The notes below the pieces were generated by a model. The model did no database searches. It was not told the DNA's origin and saw only the letters and a program-made list of their open reading frames with translations. A program made the translations under genes and the position numbers. DNA of 64,000 bases. Origin: Candidatus Heimdallarchaeota archaeon. Its GTDB lineage: Archaea > Asgardarchaeota > Heimdallarchaeia > Hodarchaeales > Hodarchaeaceae. Position 1 is the stretch's first letter. Every line of letters begins with the position of its first letter. Positions 61,254-64,000 of the stretch are shown here, piece after piece. The stretch covers positions 928,299 through 992,298 of the forward strand of contig CP070695.1 in the NCBI GenBank assembly GCA_020353515.1. The letters are read 5' to 3'.

Positions 61254-62761
61254 TATTGTTTGCCAACATAGACATAGCAAGAGGCTGGTTTTCCACAGAT
61301 AAAACATTTTTCACCTTTCTTAGAGATAACACCTGCGTCTATCTCGCGCATGTCTCTTCCTCTAACTGTCGCTGCCAATTGGTCCTTTATTTCCACCGCA
61401 CAGGCTTCACCGTCAAGATCAATTGAACACCACGGAATTTTACACATTTTCTTGTCATTAATTCTTTCTTCTAGCTCATCCAAAGTATTAGCATCTGAAA
61501 TACTTTCATCAAATTTTGTTTGAGCTTTATTCCGAATATTCTCAGTAATAGCTTTTCCAATATCCGCCACAATGCTAACTAATTTATCAAACGAGACAAT
61601 TATTCTTTCTCTAGTATCTCGGCGGAAGATTGTAATGTCTTTTTTCTTGAACTCTTTATTACCTATTTCAAAACGTAGTGGCACCCCTTTCATTTCCCAG
61701 AAGTAATATTTGTCTCCAGGCCTGCTATCACTCATATCTATCTTTACTCGATAATCCTTTTTTCTCAAAACATCTGCGATCTCAATACAATATTCTTCCA
61801 GGTGTCTAATATCCTCTTTTTTGGGAATGGGGACAATAACAATCTGCTTCGGAGCAACATCAAATGGGAAAATCAACCCATTGTTATCTCCATGAACTGC
61901 TATCATGCCACCAAATATTCGAGATATTGCTGGACCATAACACGTTTGATAGGCTATTTTTTCCTCACCATTTTGGTCAGTATAAGTAATATTAAATGCT
62001 TTCGCAAAATTAGATCCTAGAAGATGAGTGGAAGGCAATTGCAGAAATTTACCATCAGGCATTAAGGTATCAGCAGCATAGGTATGAACTGCTCCAGCGA
62101 ATTTGTCCCATTCTGGCCGTTGGAAGTAGATAATCGGGATTCCAAAAATATCTGTCATCACATTGTATGCTATTTGCATATCTTCTCGAGTTTGCGCTAT
62201 TGCTTCTTCCATCGTCTGGAACACGTTATGAGACTCAATCCACCAAAATTCACGTGATCTTAGGAAGGGCCTTGTTGATTTCCCTTCATAACGAAAAACA
62301 CTTCCGCTTTGATATAGCTTTAGTGGTAGATCTCTCCAACTTCTTATCCACAGGGAGTATAATGGATACATTGCTGTTTCTGACGTTGGTCTAAGAATTA
62401 ATTTTTCCTCAAGTGTATCATTACCTGCTCTGTCTATCCAAAACACTTCAGGATTAAATCCTTCAACGTGATCCTTTTCAATCTGGAAATTAGACTCAGG
62501 AATCACCATTGGAAATATTGTTGGTTCGTGTCCAAATTTATCCAATTCCTTTTCATAAAAATCAAACATCCTTTTCATTGCTATAGTCGACCACTGTCTA
62601 CAAACAATAAAACCCTTAACATTATACCGTATATCTGCAAGCTCAGCTCGCTTTACGATTTCAGTAAACCACTCAGAGAAATTCTCCTCTTTATCTATGT
62701 TGAATGTCTCGACTTCTGAAACAGCTGATGTATTAGTATTCATAGATTCCTTTTTTGACAT
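61250..62761 (-). CDS. proS: Prolyl-tRNA synthetase, archaeal/eukaryote-type (with a C-terminal zinc-binding domain ending in Tyr)
   Basis: NFSEWFTEIVKRAELADIRYNVKGFIV, EKDHVEGFNPEVFWI, LRPTSET, FRYE...RPFLRSREF (class II motifs), and the C-terminus CFICGKPASCYVYVGKQY. Confidence 0.9.
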   Translation of the reverse strand: MSKKESMNTNTSAVSEVETFNIDKEENFSEWFTEIVKRAELADIRYNVKGFIVCRQWSTIAMKRMFDFYEKELDKFGHEPTIFPMVIPESNFQIEKDHVEGFNPEVFWIDRAGNDTLEEKLILRPTSETAMYPLYSLWIRSWRDLPLKLYQSGSVFRYEGKSTRPFLRSREFWWIESHNVFQTMEEAIAQTREDMQIAYNVMTDIFGIPIIYFQRPEWDKFAGAVHTYAADTLMPDGKFLQLPSTHLLGSNFAKAFNITYTDQNGEEKIAYQTCYGPAISRIFGGMIAVHGDNNGLIFPFDVAPKQIVIVPIPKKEDIRHLEEYCIEIADVLRKKDYRVKIDMSDSRPGDKYYFWEMKGVPLRFEIGNKEFKKKDITIFRRDTRERIIVSFDKLVSIVADIGKAITENIRNKAQTKFDESISDANTLDELEERINDKKMCKIPWCSIDLDGEACAVEIKDQLAATVRGRDMREIDAGVISKKGEKCFICGKPASCYVYVGKQY

Positions 62762-63065
62762 TGATTATCAACCTGTGTACCTTTCATAAGTGAAAAACAT
62801 TGGATTATATTTTACAAGAGATTTAGAATTAAATAAAGAACTTTTAAGAAGAGTTTGACTGATATCTTGACAAAAGGGTAATTTAATGCATAATATTCTA
62901 GTTTTAAAGCTAAGGAAGACGATCCATCCTATTGTAACTCTCCGTCTCACCTCTTTTAAGTCTCTCTTTTAAGGTTCTCAGTATGGTTTCTCAATACAGC
63001 TCCTTTCAATGAATCTGTGAAAATAATTAATAATTCATCACTTATATTAATTTATCAGATTTACA

Positions 63066-64000
63066 ATGCCCCTTCATGAATCACTTTCGGGTGTTCGTAT
63101 TCTGGACTTAACTAGCAACCTTCCTGGACCTTTTGCGACTCAAATCTTAGGGGATTTTGGAGCTGACGTCATTAAAGTAGAATCACCACAAGGTGACATA
63201 GTAAGGTACTATCCGCCTTTCATTGAAACAGAATCTGTTATTTTTCTATTACTCAATCGAAATAAACGATCTCTCTCTGTAAACCTAAAAACAAAGGAAG
63301 GATTGAAACTATTCTATGACCTAGTTAAAACAAGCGATGTTGTAATCGAGGGATTTCGTCCTGGAACCACGAAACGAATGAAAATAGATTTTAACACACT
63401 TAAATCCTTTAAACATAATCTAATATATTGTTCACTGATTGGCTACGATTCAAAAGACACTAGATCTGGACACGATTTGAATTATGTTGGAGAATCAGGA
63501 ATCCTTGATATAACTGGGCCAAAAGAAACACCAACACCAATAGGGGTTCCTATAGCTGATATTGGGGGTGGTTCTCTACCCACAGTCATCTCAATTTTAG
63601 CAGCACTAGTGAATCGTAAAACAAAACCCCAATATCTTTGTGTGAAAATGACAGAACAATTAATACCCTGGTTAGCAGTAGTAGCTTCTACTTACTTAGC
63701 TGGATTAGGAGAACCTCAAAGAGAAGATCATACTCTTTCAGGTTACAACCCTTTTTATCGACTATATAGAACAAAAGATGAAAATGATCGCTATGTATCA
63801 TTCGCACCATTAGAAACAAAATTTTGGCATAATTTTTGTACTGCGATTGAGCGAGAAGATCTGAAAGGAAAGCAATTTGATTTTGAAACTTGTGAAGAAG
63901 AACTCCCAAAAATCTTCGCTCAAAGAACCCAATCGGAATGGACTAAATGGTTTGCTGACAATGACGTCCCAGGGGCGCCTATATTATCAGTAGGAGAAAC
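63066..64000 (+). CDS. CoA-transferase family III (CaiB/BaiF / alpha-methylacyl-CoA racemase-like), 5' part; it continues beyond the window and is not in the supplied ORF track
   Basis: My own translation from the ATG at 63066 gives MPLHESLSGVRILDLTSNLPGPFATQILGDFGADVIKVESPQGD ... VIEGFRPGT ... SGHDLNYVGESG ... ADIGGGS. There is no stop through 64000. Confidence 0.8.
   Translation, partial: MPLHESLSGVRILDLTSNLPGPFATQILGDFGADVIKVESPQGDIVRYYPPFIETESVIFLLLNRNKRSLSVNLKTKEGLKLFYDLVKTSDVVIEGFRPGTTKRMKIDFNTLKSFKHNLIYCSLIGYDSKDTRSGHDLNYVGESGILDITGPKETPTPIGVPIADIGGGSLPTVISILAALVNRKTKPQYLCVKMTEQLIPWLAVVASTYLAGLGEPQREDHTLSGYNPFYRLYRTKDENDRYVSFAPLETKFWHNFCTAIEREDLKGKQFDFETCEEELPKIFAQRTQSEWTKWFADNDVPGAPILSVGE

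Noticed and set aside
63688-63909. 73-aa minus-strand ORF from the track
   Set aside because: It is antisense to the CoA-transferase ORF that I translated from 63066, which has strong family motifs.
1-64000. Search for CRISPR arrays, tRNA/rRNA genes, C/D-box sRNAs, transposases, integrases and terminal inverted repeats
   Set aside because: - No regularly spaced repeats were found.
- None of the larger intergenic spacers (24.2-24.5, 24.9-25.2, 28.4-28.7, 57.6-57.9, 60.6-60.9 and 62.8-63.1 kb) contains a GC-rich structured island.
- No convincing RUGAUGA...CUGA pairs were found.
- No recombinase-like ORFs were found.

Absence judged by eye is not proof.

Overview
This is a visibly AT-rich, tightly packed chromosomal window with about 53 protein-coding genes. 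By eye I see no rRNA, tRNA, CRISPR array, transposase or integrase.

**Lineage (inference only).** The gene content reads as archaeal, most plausibly Asgard/Loki-like. Supporting genes are NucS/EndoMS, an archaeal/eukaryote-type ProRS, a thiolase-fold + DUF35 pair, a Rab/Ras-like small GTPase and longin/roadblock-like proteins, along with frequent TTG/GTG starts. These are mixed with bacterial-looking genes: PhnN, a class II CCA-type nucleotidyltransferase and a penicillin-acylase family protein.

**Layout.**
- **1-18 kb:** the 3' part of a DUF1998 helicase, followed by a same-strand cluster. The cluster holds three paralogous longin/roadblock-like + winged-helix proteins, a MinD/Mrp-type ATPase, a 2438-aa membrane-anchored surface protein (7 SBBP propeller repeats plus 4 NosD-like beta-helix modules) and a TPR protein. 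It is faced by a 1230-aa S8 subtilase that carries a cytoplasmic zinc-ribbon tail.
- **18-43 kb:** mostly metabolism. This includes aminotransferases, LarE-like and GHMP kinase genes, two convergent glutamine-synthetase-like ligases each paired with a C-N hydrolase, uridine phosphorylase, cytosine-deaminase-like and PhnN genes, a thiolase-fold/DUF35 operon and a small GTPase.
- **44-49 kb:** a solitary 960-aa Eco57I/type IIG-like N6-adenine methyltransferase in a same-strand array with two zinc-ribbon membrane proteins.
- **49-64 kb:** histidine kinase, NucS, M19 dipeptidase, MFS transporter, ICMT-like methyltransferase, radical SAM protein, class II nucleotidyltransferase, Nudix hydrolase, ProRS and a partial CoA-transferase.

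**Best candidates for something undescribed.**
- the longin-wHTH/MinD-type cluster
- a thiolase homolog lacking the nucleophilic Cys, coupled to DUF35 and a GNAT-like gene
- tandem mini Mrr-like nuclease-fold genes
- the methyltransferase array

One clear ORF (63066-64000, CoA-transferase family III) is missing from the supplied ORF track. All family calls come from motif recognition by eye; no searches were run.
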